DNA of 64,000 bases from Polyangiaceae bacterium. GTDB taxonomy: Bacteria; Myxococcota_A; Polyangia; Polyangiales; Polyangiaceae. Below the pieces are notes generated by a model. It worked only from the letters and a program-made list of their open reading frames with translations, was not told the origin of the DNA and made no database searches. Position 1 is the stretch's first letter; each line of letters begins with the position of its first letter. Made by a program: the position numbers and the translations under genes. The stretch is from NCBI GenBank assembly GCA_050287085.1, contig JBNKBE010000001.1, positions 224,001-288,000 on the forward strand. Reading direction: 5' to 3'. Shown one piece after another: positions 48,058 to 57,856 of the stretch.

Positions 48058-49113
48058 ATGCAGATACGACGCTCGCATACCCCACGTTCTTCCATCGCGT
48101 GCTCTTTCATCGCCCTGCTCGGCTTCGGGCTCTTGGGTTGCTCCGACGAGTCCGGCGACTCACCGAATCCAGGCGCTGGTGGAGCCGGCGCGGCCAACGT
48201 CGCCGGCTCGGAGGGTTCGGCGGCGGGCGGAGCCGAGAGCTCCGCTTCTGGGGCGAATGCAGGAGGTCAGCCGAACACGGCAGGAACCGACACGGCTGGC
48301 TCAGGTGGCTCAGCCGGCGCAGAGGGGGGCGGGGCTGGTCAGGCTGCGGGGGCACCCACCGAAACGGGGGGGCAAGGCCCAGTCGCAGGCGCTGGGGGCT
48401 CTGATCCGGAGGGTGGCAGCGCAGGCATGGCGACGCCCAACGGCGGAGGCGCCGCCACGGGGGACGGCTCTTGCGACAGTAGCGGTCTGAGCTTCTGTTC
48501 CGATTTCGAGGATGGACTGCCAGACGAACTGACGTTCTATCCTGAGTATCAGCAGGCCAACATGGCCAATTTCGTCGAGCTCGACAGCACCGTGGCCAAG
48601 AGCGGCTCACAATCCATCAAAGTGACGGGCACCGACTTCTCGCAAATGCTCGCGTTGCCGACTCCAGCGGCCGACTTCTGGGGGCGCGTCTATATCCAGA
48701 GCAACACCGACATTCAGTCCGGTCACAATACCTACGTCGCAGCCACCGACGGCAGTGGGGATCCCAACGACGGTGAGCATATCCGGATCGGCGAGCATCA
48801 ATGCCAACTGGAACTCAACCGGCGCACGGACGACGCAGAGAAGCTCTCCAACGGCGGAACCTACGAGTGCTCAGGCGGCATCGAGTTGAAAGCCGATACG
48901 TGGTACTGCCTGGAGTTTCACTACGACGGTCCCGGCAGCGAAGTGCAGGTATTCGTGGACGGCACAGACGTCGATGCCCTGCACGTAACGGACTGGGGTC
49001 CGTACGACTACAAGCTCTTCAAGTTTGGCTTCGAGAAATACCATGGCGATGCGAAAACGCTCTGGTACGATGATCTGGCCCTCGGTTCTGAACGTATTGG
49101 CTGTTTGAAGTGA
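48058..49113 (+). CDS. Secreted lipoprotein with Gly-rich linker and Cip1/polysaccharide-lyase-like beta domain
   Basis: Lipobox LLGC; FCSDFE, FWGRVY, WYCLEF, LWYDDLALGSERIGC. Confidence 0.7.
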   Translation: MQIRRSHTPRSSIACSFIALLGFGLLGCSDESGDSPNPGAGGAGAANVAGSEGSAAGGAESSASGANAGGQPNTAGTDTAGSGGSAGAEGGGAGQAAGAPTETGGQGPVAGAGGSDPEGGSAGMATPNGGGAATGDGSCDSSGLSFCSDFEDGLPDELTFYPEYQQANMANFVELDSTVAKSGSQSIKVTGTDFSQMLALPTPAADFWGRVYIQSNTDIQSGHNTYVAATDGSGDPNDGEHIRIGEHQCQLELNRRTDDAEKLSNGGTYECSGGIELKADTWYCLEFHYDGPGSEVQVFVDGTDVDALHVTDWGPYDYKLFKFGFEKYHGDAKTLWYDDLALGSERIGCLK

Positions 49114-49141
49114 ACCAGCGCTGCAGCGTTGCGCTACCATC

Positions 49142-50176
49142 ATGTGTACAAGGCGTCCCTACCCCCTATTGACTCTCGCCCTGGGCCTGCATCTCGCCGC
49201 TTGCGGAAGCGGTGAGATGCGCGCCTCTGAGCCCAGGGAAGGCGTCATGGCGGCGGGGAGCGGTGCAGAGCCAGCGGACGCTGACGACGCAAGCCCCCCC
49301 TCGGGCGGTAGCGACAATCTGGGCGCTGGAGGCAGCGCGCACACGCCTCCGGCGGCCGGTATGGGTGGAGCACCACCTGGCTCGATCGGAGATCCCGAAA
49401 CGATCGATTCGCCTCCCATGGACAGCGCCGGTGCGCCGCCTGACTCTCCGTCGGCCGGAGCCGCGGGCGATGGCGGCAATCCCTCTGAAACGCCGTCGGA
49501 GTCGCCTTTCCCAGCCAGCGTCACCGCTCCCCGCATCATGATCGTCGGAGATTCGATCTCCGCCGGACCCGGCTGCTACAAGAAGTATCTGCTGCAGGCG
49601 CTCCAAGACAACGGCTACTCGAAGTTCGAGTTCGTCGGCGAATACGACGACGACTGCGGTGGAGGCGTGCGACACAGTGCAGTGAGCTGCTCGACCTCAA
49701 GAGACTTCACGCAACCTACTTTCACTCTGCCGAATTGCTTCGCCGACGACACCTTTCCTGGCATGGCCGAATTGGTCGCCTCCCATGCCCCAGATCTCAT
49801 CCTGCTCCAGCTCGGTGTGAACGACGTCTGGTCAGGTAGCGCGCCCATTCAACCGATCCTCGACAACTACGGCACGCTGGTCGAACAAGCCCGTTCCCAC
49901 AACCCGAATATCGTCGTTGTCATGGCTCAGATTCATCAGATCATTACCGATGGCTGCAGCAATGCGAAGAGCACGGAAAACGCTCTCGAACTGGTAGAGG
50001 CTGTGCCCGCCTACGCCGCGGCGCTCAGTACGCCCGAGTCGCCCATTTTTGTTGCCGACCTGTGGACGAACTCAGATCCTCATGAGGCAGACGATTGCGT
50101 TCACCCAAACGACGCTGGAGCGCAGCGAATGGGGGGCAACTGGTACGAGGCCCTCAAGAGCATCCTGCCCCAATAG
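49142..50176 (+). CDS. SGNH/GDSL hydrolase lipoprotein
   Basis: Lipobox LAAC; IVGDSIS, LGVND, DCVHPN. Confidence 0.88.
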   Translation: MCTRRPYPLLTLALGLHLAACGSGEMRASEPREGVMAAGSGAEPADADDASPPSGGSDNLGAGGSAHTPPAAGMGGAPPGSIGDPETIDSPPMDSAGAPPDSPSAGAAGDGGNPSETPSESPFPASVTAPRIMIVGDSISAGPGCYKKYLLQALQDNGYSKFEFVGEYDDDCGGGVRHSAVSCSTSRDFTQPTFTLPNCFADDTFPGMAELVASHAPDLILLQLGVNDVWSGSAPIQPILDNYGTLVEQARSHNPNIVVVMAQIHQIITDGCSNAKSTENALELVEAVPAYAAALSTPESPIFVADLWTNSDPHEADDCVHPNDAGAQRMGGNWYEALKSILPQ

Positions 50177-50472
50177 CACCAATACAATACTACGACGCTA
50201 CGCTCTCCCAGCTGAATTCATAGGGCGCTGAGAGCGCCCCGTATGTCTTGCCCCGATCCGCGGGCATTGGAGCTAGGGCCTCGGGAGCCTCGCCGCTACC
50301 CCTGCGGGATTCGCGTGCGAAGGCAAGTCTCCAAACTCCACCTATCCGTGCTCAAGCCGCTGGGGCCCCGAGACGGGGCCCCACACGATGCAACGCCTGG
50401 AGTCGCGGCTGCGACAGAGACAGCGCCCGTCTCGGCTCAGAACCCGTCGCAGCATTGGCGACAACCTCCAGT

Positions 50473-50814
50473 TTAAGCCGCCGCCACTGCGATGCGGCGC
50501 GGCTTGGCCTCAGCCGCCTTCGGCAATGTTACCGTCAAGACGCCGGCTCGCAGCTGCGCGTCGATCTTGTCGCGGTCCACGCCTTCAGGAACGTGAAAGG
50601 CCCGTTCATAGCGGACCGACTCGGCGTCATTGAAGCGCCGTAGTGCGGCCACCGCCAAGACATCTCGGTCGAGGTCGATCGAAACATCTTCCTGAACGAC
50701 GCCGGGCACATCCAAGACCACATGGTGGGCGTGTTCGCTTTCGTAGACATCAATCCGCGGCCGCACCCTTCTGGGCTCGGCACTCGTCTCCTTCTTTCTT
50801 ACGATACTTGACAT
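50473..50814 (-). CDS. Hsp20/alpha-crystallin small heat-shock protein
   Basis: PRIDVYE, DVPGV, YERAF, GVLTVTLPK; AAGGAG RBS. Confidence 0.92.
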   Translation of the reverse strand: MSSIVRKKETSAEPRRVRPRIDVYESEHAHHVVLDVPGVVQEDVSIDLDRDVLAVAALRRFNDAESVRYERAFHVPEGVDRDKIDAQLRAGVLTVTLPKAAEAKPRRIAVAAA

Positions 50815-50855
50815 CTCACTTTCTCCTTGGTCGCTTTCAAGTACATCGACACATG

Positions 50856-51278
50856 TCAATGCACCTTAATATCTATGGCTCGTGGCTTTACTTCCGGACG
50901 CTTGGGTAGGGTAACAACGAGTACGCCATCCTTGATACTGGCGCTGACGTTAGCGTCGTCGACCGTGTCCGGTAGTGTGATCGTCCTTGAAAACGTCAGC
51001 GTCGATCGCTCGCGACTAACCGCCTTGGCCTCGCCGTCGAGTGCAAGTGAACGCTTCCCGCTGATGCTTAGGACCCCGCGGTGAACTTCGACGCTCACGT
51101 CTTTCTCCGCAAATCCCGGAACATCCACGCTCACGCGATAGGCGTGTTCATCCTGATCGGTTCGCAGATCTGGAGTCGCCTCCATATCGCGGAGTAGGAA
51201 CCAAGGCTCCTCTCCCATGAGACGCTCAAACTCTCTCCAAACCGGTGACAACTGAGAACCAAATCTTACTGGCAACAT
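50856..51278 (-). CDS. Hsp20/alpha-crystallin small heat-shock protein
   Basis: DVPGF, FSRTITLP, DGVLVVTLPKRPE; AAGGAG RBS. Confidence 0.92.
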   Translation of the reverse strand: MLPVRFGSQLSPVWREFERLMGEEPWFLLRDMEATPDLRTDQDEHAYRVSVDVPGFAEKDVSVEVHRGVLSISGKRSLALDGEAKAVSRERSTLTFSRTITLPDTVDDANVSASIKDGVLVVTLPKRPEVKPRAIDIKVH

Positions 51279-51520
51279 GGCTGCTCTCCTTTCGCCAAAA
51301 AAGAAAACCCTATTGGAGCCGGGCAACACATCGGACCGACCAGCAAGCACGCTCTCAAAGACCGCACCTCCACGGTTCTGACCGTGTCCTTCGAGCATGC
51401 CCGCTCAGCGCCGGACCCTTCGTGGGGTCTCGGGCTGCGAAGAAAAACTGCCCACGATGATGGCGCTGTCAACGGGTGGCCCCGAAAAAGATTCTGAGGG
51501 CCCGCGGAGGGGTGGAGCGA

Positions 51521-51594
51521 CCGAAACCCCCTCCCACCGCCCGAACCCCAAAGCGCGAGGCGCGAGCAAGCTCCCTCCCCCTCCTCCGATCAAA
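51521..51594 (+). repeat. Dispersed intergenic repeat, copy 2
   Basis: AAGCGCGAGGCGCGAGCAAGCTCCCTCCCCCTCCTCCGATCAAA (51551-51594) matches 22956-23000 with one substitution and a 1-nt indel. Confidence 0.85.
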
Positions 51595-51667
51595 GCTTGC
51601 CGTGCAGCCAAGGGGCTTTACAACCACCGCCGCGATGATTAGCGCCGCCCACAGCCGATGAGGACGG

Positions 51668-52636
51668 TTATTCGGCGGATTCGTAGAGCCAGCAGCGACA
51701 TCGGCTGGGCCCAATCTGAACGAGCGACGGTACCTCTCGCCGACACCGTTCGGTGGCGGCCGAACAGCGTGGGTGAAAATGGCATCCTTCCGGAGGCGTG
51801 AAGGGCGATGGGACTTCTCCCCGAACGACGGAGCGCTCACGCGCTGTCCCCCGGGCTCCGAGGCTGGGCACGGCGGCCAGAAGGCTCTGGGTGTACGGGT
51901 GCTGCGGGGAATCGAGAGTCGCGGCAACGGGTCCCTCTTCGACGATTCGCCCCAAGTACATCACGGCGACGCAGTCAGCTATCTGTCGCACTACAGCCAG
52001 ATCATGGGTGATGAACAGAAGGGAGACCCCGAGACGCTGTTGCAACTCTCGCAGCAGGTTGATGATCTGCGCCTGAACCGAGACATCGAGCGCGCTCACC
52101 ACTTCATCACATACGAGTAGCTCAGGTTCTACGGCAAGAGCCCTAGCGATACACACTCGCTGTCGCTGGCCGCCCGAAAGCTCATGGGGATAGCGATGAC
52201 GGAGCGAGACATCCAACCCCACCTGGCTGAACAGAGCCGCAACCCGCTGATCCCTTCCCGCTCGGTCGAGACGAGTATGGAGCCGCAGGGGCTCCTCCAC
52301 CGAAGCCGCCAAAGTAAGACGCGGATTGAGGCTCGCATCCGGGTCTTGAAAGATCATCTGCAGACGCTTTGCCACGCCACGTCGTCCCCGACGACCGAGC
52401 CCCTCCACTTGCTCATCCCCGAGCCAGACCGAGCCGCTATAGGGCGGCAGAAGCCCCACAATCGCCTTGGCCAACGTCGACTTGCCGCAGCCAGATTCTC
52501 CAACGAGCGCCAAGGTGCTTCCTCGTTCGATCGAAAGATTCGCATCCAGAACCGCGCGCACCACTCCTTGTGACGTGTTGTATTGCACGGAAACGTTTCG
52601 AACGTCGAGCAGCGGATTTGACGAAGGTGCGCTCAC
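51668..52636 (-). CDS. Oligopeptide ABC transporter ATPase (OppF/DppF-like)
   Basis: [38 protein letters not shown] overlap. Confidence 0.93.
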   Translation of the reverse strand: MSAPSSNPLLDVRNVSVQYNTSQGVVRAVLDANLSIERGSTLALVGESGCGKSTLAKAIVGLLPPYSGSVWLGDEQVEGLGRRGRRGVAKRLQMIFQDPDASLNPRLTLAASVEEPLRLHTRLDRAGRDQRVAALFSQVGLDVSLRHRYPHELSGGQRQRVCIARALAVEPELLVCDEVVSALDVSVQAQIINLLRELQQRLGVSLLFITHDLAVVRQIADCVAVMYLGRIVEEGPVAATLDSPQHPYTQSLLAAVPSLGARGTARERSVVRGEVPSPFTPPEGCHFHPRCSAATERCRREVPSLVQIGPSRCRCWLYESAE

Positions 52637-53667
52637 TGGGTACCCCCTTCGACTCGAGTGCTCACCCCGCCCGCCAAGGGGTGCACGCAACGACACAGTC
52701 GTCGCCCGTCCAAAGACGCAAGCAGCGGTTCGCGCTCTCCGCACTCTGCCGTTGCGTGGGTACATCTCGGCGCAAACGCACACGCCGAAAAGGGCCCTCG
52801 ATCCAAACGCGGAGGAAGCCCGTCGATCGCCTGTAGCGTTCCTTCGCGCCGGCTTTCTATGCGCGGTACCGATGCCAACAGAGCCGCTGTGTAGGGGTGA
52901 GCGGACGCACTGAGCACGTCCGACACAGGTCCATATTCGACAACCCGCCCCGCGTACATGACTGCAACAGTATCGCAGGTCTCGGCCACCACCGCCAAGT
53001 CATGGGTGACAAGGATGACGGCAACGCCGTAGTCGAGCTGCAGTCTGCGGAGCAGCGCGAGGATTTGCGCCTGCGTTGTCACGTCCAGGGCCGTCGTGGG
53101 CTCATCGGCGATTATCAGCTTGGGCTCGCACGCCAGAGCCATCGCGATCATCACTCGTTGGCGCATCCCGCCCGAGAGTTCGTGGGGGTGTGCGGAAAGG
53201 CGGCGCCTGGCCTCCGGGATCCCGACAGCCTCAAGCAGCTCCAGCGCACGTTCTCTTGCCCGCGCGCGCGATTGCCCGAGGTGAAGCATCGGTCCCTCAA
53301 TCAGCTGCTCTTCAACCGTCATGTACGGATTGAGACTGTTCATCGGGTCTTGAAAAACCACCCCGATCCGCTGTCCGCGAAAACGCCGCAACGCGTCACC
53401 GCGAAGTTCCGTTAACTCCTGTCCGTCGAGACGCACTTGACCTGCCACAACCCGTCCATAGGGCTCCGGCAGTAGTCCCATCAGACTCAAGCAGGTAGCG
53501 CTCTTGCCGCAACCGGATTCCCCAACCAAGCCCAAGATCTCTCCCGCCTGGAGTTCGAACGAAACGTCGTGGACGGCGCGTACCACTCGCCCTTCCAGCG
53601 CAAATTCGGCCGAGAGCCCCCGAACCCGAAGCAAGGGTTCCTCCGCATGTCGCTGACGCTCCGTCAT
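52633..53667 (-). CDS. Oligopeptide ABC transporter ATPase (OppD/DppD-like)
   Basis: [36 protein letters not shown] before ATG 53667. Confidence 0.93.
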   Translation of the reverse strand: MTERQRHAEEPLLRVRGLSAEFALEGRVVRAVHDVSFELQAGEILGLVGESGCGKSATCLSLMGLLPEPYGRVVAGQVRLDGQELTELRGDALRRFRGQRIGVVFQDPMNSLNPYMTVEEQLIEGPMLHLGQSRARARERALELLEAVGIPEARRRLSAHPHELSGGMRQRVMIAMALACEPKLIIADEPTTALDVTTQAQILALLRRLQLDYGVAVILVTHDLAVVAETCDTVAVMYAGRVVEYGPVSDVLSASAHPYTAALLASVPRIESRREGTLQAIDGLPPRLDRGPFSACAFAPRCTHATAECGEREPLLASLDGRRLCRCVHPLAGGVSTRVEGGTQ

Positions 53668-53774
53668 CGCAACCTCCTCGCCGCCGCGAACGCTTTCCCT
53701 AGACTCTGGAGCACCGCGCTTGTCAGCACCGCGCTTGTCAGCATGACGCCCTTGAGCACTATCACCACCATCAC
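53664..53774 (-). CDS. Putative 36-aa coupling sORF between the oppC-like and oppD-like genes
   Basis: GTGA overlap with the permease stop and ATGA overlap with the ATPase start; [36 protein letters not shown]; contains a 15-bp duplication at 53711-53740. Confidence 0.35.
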   Translation of the reverse strand: MMVVIVLKGVMLTSAVLTSAVLQSLGKAFAAARRLR

Positions 53775-54679
53775 TGCGGTCTCGATTTGGGATCGAGCGC
53801 GTCACGCAGGCCATCACCCAGGAAGTTGAGACTGAATAGTGTCAGAGCCAACAGCAGGCTCGGAAAAAGTAGCAACCACCAATACGACTTGATCGGGTTG
53901 ACCACGGCTACGGCCTCGGAGACAAGCTGGCCCCATGACAGCTTCACGCCAAGCCCCAAGAACGACAAGAAGGACTCCAGAATAATCACAGTGGGCACCG
54001 TCAACGTCGCATACACTACAACTACGGCCGCCACGTTGGGCAGAATGTGAACGCCGATGACCCGTGCATCGCTGGCGCCTAGCAAACGTGCCGCCAGAAC
54101 GAACTCCCGATTGCGCAAGGCGAGCACCTGACCGCGAACGACGCGTGCCATCGTGAGCCATTGCACGAGGCCGAGAGCCAGAAACACCGGCAGCGCTTCA
54201 CCCCGCGCTGTCTCGGAGAACATGAGCATGATGATGATGACCAGAAACATGTAGGGAATGCCGTACAGAAAGTCGACGAAGCGCATCAGGACCTCGTCTA
54301 CGCGGCCGCCATAGTAGCCAGCCACCGCCCCATACGCGACTCCCACCGTGACCGATGCGAGTGTCGCCAAGAGCCCGACCAGCAGCGACGTTTGGCCCCC
54401 CAAAAGCACTCGAGCGAAGTAGTCGCGGCCAAGCGCATCGGTCCCCATCCAATGGGCTACAGAGGGCGAAAGATGTCGGGCAGCGGGTGATGTTGTCTCG
54501 GCATCTAGACCCAATGCGAGCGGCATGACGAAGCAAGCGATGGCAATGATCGCCAGAGTTGCGCCCCCCGCAAGAGCCATGTGGTTGCGACGCAAGCGTC
54601 GCAACGCCTCTTCACCCAGGCTCGTTCCTCGCTGCTCATCGCCAAGATACGAGGTGGTTGATGCTTCCTCTACGCTCAT
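53771..54679 (-). CDS. Oligopeptide ABC permease (OppC-like)
   Basis: [42 protein letters not shown]. Confidence 0.93.
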   Translation of the reverse strand: MSVEEASTTSYLGDEQRGTSLGEEALRRLRRNHMALAGGATLAIIAIACFVMPLALGLDAETTSPAARHLSPSVAHWMGTDALGRDYFARVLLGGQTSLLVGLLATLASVTVGVAYGAVAGYYGGRVDEVLMRFVDFLYGIPYMFLVIIIMLMFSETARGEALPVFLALGLVQWLTMARVVRGQVLALRNREFVLAARLLGASDARVIGVHILPNVAAVVVVYATLTVPTVIILESFLSFLGLGVKLSWGQLVSEAVAVVNPIKSYWWLLLFPSLLLALTLFSLNFLGDGLRDALDPKSRPQ

Positions 54680-55863
54680 CCTCCGTAGCTCCGAAGACGC
54701 GGGTCAAGCCAAGCGTAAAGCATGTCCACCAGCAAATTGAAGCAGGTAACGAGCGTGGTATAGACCAGGGCCGTACCCAACACCACGGAGTAGTCGCGGT
54801 TGACCGCCCCCTTGACGAACCACTGACCCATCCCCGGAATGTTGAAGAGCGTTTCGACAACGAAAGAGCCAGTCATGATGCCCGCGGCGGCAGGCCCCAG
54901 ATAGGAGACGACAGGCAAGAGGGCCCCTCGCAGGGCATGCTTGAATACGACAACATGCTCAGGAAGCCCTTTGGCCCGCGCTGTCCGGATGAAGTCCTGC
55001 TGCATGACCTCCACGGTGCCCCCGCGGGCCAAGCGGGCGACGTATGCAGCGTAGGGCAAGGCCAGAGTGAAAGCAGGAAGTACGAGGTGCGCATAGCCAC
55101 CCCAACCCGCGACGGGTAGCCAACCTAAATGCAGTGAAAAGACAATGATTAGTCCCGCTCCGATCACGAAGTTGGGAAGCGAGATTCCCAGCAAGGCAAG
55201 ACCCATGCTGGCGTAGTCAGCGGCCGAGTTGGGCTTCAGCCCAGCGCGAACCCCAAGCAACAATCCCAAGGCACACGCTATCGCCAATGCCAGCAATCCG
55301 AGGGACAAGCTGACGGGCAAAGCGGGCGCTAGCAAATCCTCCACCGATCGCCCTGCGACCTTGATGGAAGGGCCCAGGGAGCCGTCCACGATCAGACGCC
55401 GCATATATGCCACGAAGAACTCGCTGGCGTCTTCCGGTACTCCAAAGTGCGCACGTAGGGCGGCTTCCACCTGCGGCGTCGCGACCCGCTCTTGAGCAAA
55501 AGGATTGCCCGGAGCTCGGTACATGAGCAGCGTCGTGACGAACACCAGCAGTACCAACGATGGCACGAGAAAGGTCATGCGGCGTAGCACGATGGGTCGC
55601 GCAAAGAAGAAAGCCAGAACCGCAGCACCGGTTGCCCCGCCCAGAGCGACGGTTGCTGAATAGCCCAGTCGAAGACTCAAGAAGATGAGCACACCGACCA
55701 GACAGGCGCCCAGTGGTCGACAAATCCGCGCTGGGATCCATGCAGTAGAAGCGAGCGCCAATGTACCCGCCAACAGCAGCAGCGCTTCCAAAGGCTCGAA
55801 GGCCCACAGCAGAAGTGCTGCAAGGAGCCCCGCTGATGCTAGAGCAACAGACCACCTAGTCAT
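54676..55863 (-). CDS. Oligopeptide ABC permease (OppB-like) with extra N-terminal TM helices
   Basis: APGNPF, DFIRTARAKGL, VETLFNIPGMG, LDPRL; about 90-aa hydrophobic N-terminal extension. Confidence 0.9.
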   Translation of the reverse strand: MTRWSVALASAGLLAALLLWAFEPLEALLLLAGTLALASTAWIPARICRPLGACLVGVLIFLSLRLGYSATVALGGATGAAVLAFFFARPIVLRRMTFLVPSLVLLVFVTTLLMYRAPGNPFAQERVATPQVEAALRAHFGVPEDASEFFVAYMRRLIVDGSLGPSIKVAGRSVEDLLAPALPVSLSLGLLALAIACALGLLLGVRAGLKPNSAADYASMGLALLGISLPNFVIGAGLIIVFSLHLGWLPVAGWGGYAHLVLPAFTLALPYAAYVARLARGGTVEVMQQDFIRTARAKGLPEHVVVFKHALRGALLPVVSYLGPAAAGIMTGSFVVETLFNIPGMGQWFVKGAVNRDYSVVLGTALVYTTLVTCFNLLVDMLYAWLDPRLRSYGG

Positions 55864-57854
55864 TGCCGTCCTCCCGCCTTGGCCCATCGAATGTCTCGCA
55901 GGGGATGGATATCCTGAAGATTGGCAGCCTTGGAGCCGTCCGGGAGCTCCAGCTCGGAGTAGAAGCCGTCCAGCTCCAAACGGCGAAGCCCACTGACCAC
56001 GTAGAAGTAGATGGGCATGATGGGCAATTCGTCGTCGATGAGGATAGCTTCAGCCTCCGCAAGGAGTCGCTGACGCAGGCGCTCACGTGCCTGCACATCA
56101 CCCGCTTTCGTCAACGCAAGCCAGCGACGCGCCTCCGCCGGTTGTTTGAGCTTACTCAATAGCGATTCAGGAGCCTCGACAAAGCGCTGGACGTCGGCAG
56201 CGGCCGCAATCAGGCGGTCGTAGGTACTCGACGAGAAGCCCGTTTGGTTGTTTCCACCGTTGGTGACCCACATATCCAAGAACGTATTGGGATCCGCGTA
56301 GTCCCCAATCCAAGCGGCACGGGCCATGTCATAGTTCATGGCCCGTGTGGTAGCCTGATAGGCTTGCCATTCTTGGTTATACGCCTTTGCCGACACTCCA
56401 AGGTTGCGACGCAGTTGATCAGCAATGACTTCCGCGATCTTCTTATGGGTCTCGAGCGTATTGTAGACGATGCCCACGTCCGGAAAGCCGACGCCGCCCG
56501 GGTAGCCAGCCTCGGCCAGCAGCGCCTGCGCGCGAGCAACGTCCAGCCCAAGAGCAGAATGGGGAGGCTCATAGCCAGGCATTCCAGGTGGGACCATGCT
56601 ATAGGCTGGCAGCTGGCCCAATCCTAACACGTCTTTCACAATCGCCTCGCGGTCGATAGCCAGATTGAAAGCGCGCCGTACCCTCTTGTCGCTAAAGGGC
56701 TTTCGCTTGGTGTTAAGCCGATAGAAGTATACGATCAGCGCCGGACCACTGTAGAAGTCGGGGCGCTTCCGAAGCTCCGGCCCGAGATCCACCGGATACG
56801 CCGACGGCAGCCAGTCGGCGCCTCCTGTCAGATAGAGATTGAGCGCCGTGTTGGGATTCTCGATGGGAAGAGCGTCGACACTCCGCAGGGTGACCACGTC
56901 TCGGCCCCAATAGGCAGAGCTCTTCTCCAGACGGATGCGTTCATTGACATGCCACTCTGCAAGCTTAAACGGACCATTGCTGACGATGTGCTCAGGCAAG
57001 AACCAGTCGTCGGGATGCGCTTCTACGACCCAACGCGGCACGGGCATTGATGGATAGAAAGCCATCAGCTGAAGGAAATACGGCGTAGGCGCCTTGAGCT
57101 CGACGCGCAGCGTATGTTCATCCAATGCGACCACGCCGAGGCCGCGACCGAACTTCTCTTCCGCCGCAGCGCCCTGAAGTTCTAGTTCTTCAGCCACGCG
57201 CGACACCAGTGCCACCAGCTCCAAGCTGTCTGCTGCCTCTAGGTCTGGCCCCTCCGCGTCGAGAAGTTCAGAAAGGCGAGGCGACGACAGAGGCCTGAGC
57301 GCGGCGAGCGCGGCATGCTCGTTCAGTAGCCGCTGTAGCTCCTGCCGAGACAGTGGCGCGCGGGCCAGCGGGCGCAGAGCAGGCAGTAACCCGCCGCGAA
57401 GCTGGGATGCGAGACCGCGATACGTATGCAGCGCCTCCGCTCCGGCAATGGGATACAGAATGTAGGCATACTCTGAGCCGGTTGCCGGATCGAGCAGACG
57501 GCGCCAGGCATAGACGAAGTCAGCAGCGCTAACGGGGCTACCATCTGTCCAGCGTGCGTCCGACCGAAGATGAAATACGTAGGATAGCCCGTCAGCCGCT
57601 ACCTCCCAGTGCGACGCAGCGCCGGGAGCAGGTCGCAGCGACTTGGCGTCCAGGCGGCACAGGCCCTCGAATATCGCACTCAGTATGCGATGCTCCGGTT
57701 CACCCGTAGCAAGCCCCGGGTCGAGCGTCTTGGGCTCCGCGCCGTTGACGAAGCGAAACTCGGCAGGGCCGGCGGTACTGCGTGAGAACGTAAGCCCCAC
57801 GAGTCCAAGCACCAAGACGAAAGCGGCTAGCAGACCCCACAAAGTCCGATACAT
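55860..57854 (-). CDS. Oligopeptide ABC substrate-binding protein (OppA-like) with helical insertions
   Basis: EPKTLDP, IFEGL, WTDGSPV.A.DFVYAWRR, SNGPF, WIGDYADPNTFLD. Confidence 0.92.
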   Translation of the reverse strand: MYRTLWGLLAAFVLVLGLVGLTFSRSTAGPAEFRFVNGAEPKTLDPGLATGEPEHRILSAIFEGLCRLDAKSLRPAPGAASHWEVAADGLSYVFHLRSDARWTDGSPVSAADFVYAWRRLLDPATGSEYAYILYPIAGAEALHTYRGLASQLRGGLLPALRPLARAPLSRQELQRLLNEHAALAALRPLSSPRLSELLDAEGPDLEAADSLELVALVSRVAEELELQGAAAEEKFGRGLGVVALDEHTLRVELKAPTPYFLQLMAFYPSMPVPRWVVEAHPDDWFLPEHIVSNGPFKLAEWHVNERIRLEKSSAYWGRDVVTLRSVDALPIENPNTALNLYLTGGADWLPSAYPVDLGPELRKRPDFYSGPALIVYFYRLNTKRKPFSDKRVRRAFNLAIDREAIVKDVLGLGQLPAYSMVPPGMPGYEPPHSALGLDVARAQALLAEAGYPGGVGFPDVGIVYNTLETHKKIAEVIADQLRRNLGVSAKAYNQEWQAYQATTRAMNYDMARAAWIGDYADPNTFLDMWVTNGGNNQTGFSSSTYDRLIAAAADVQRFVEAPESLLSKLKQPAEARRWLALTKAGDVQARERLRQRLLAEAEAILIDDELPIMPIYFYVVSGLRRLELDGFYSELELPDGSKAANLQDIHPLRDIRWAKAGGRQ

Positions 57855-57856
57855 GC

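Noticed and set aside
51279..51480. Heat-shock control elements (CIRCE or similar) upstream of the Hsp20 pair
   Set aside because: No TTAGCACTC-N9-GAGTGCTAA found; a minus-strand TTGACA near 51470 lacks a convincing -10.
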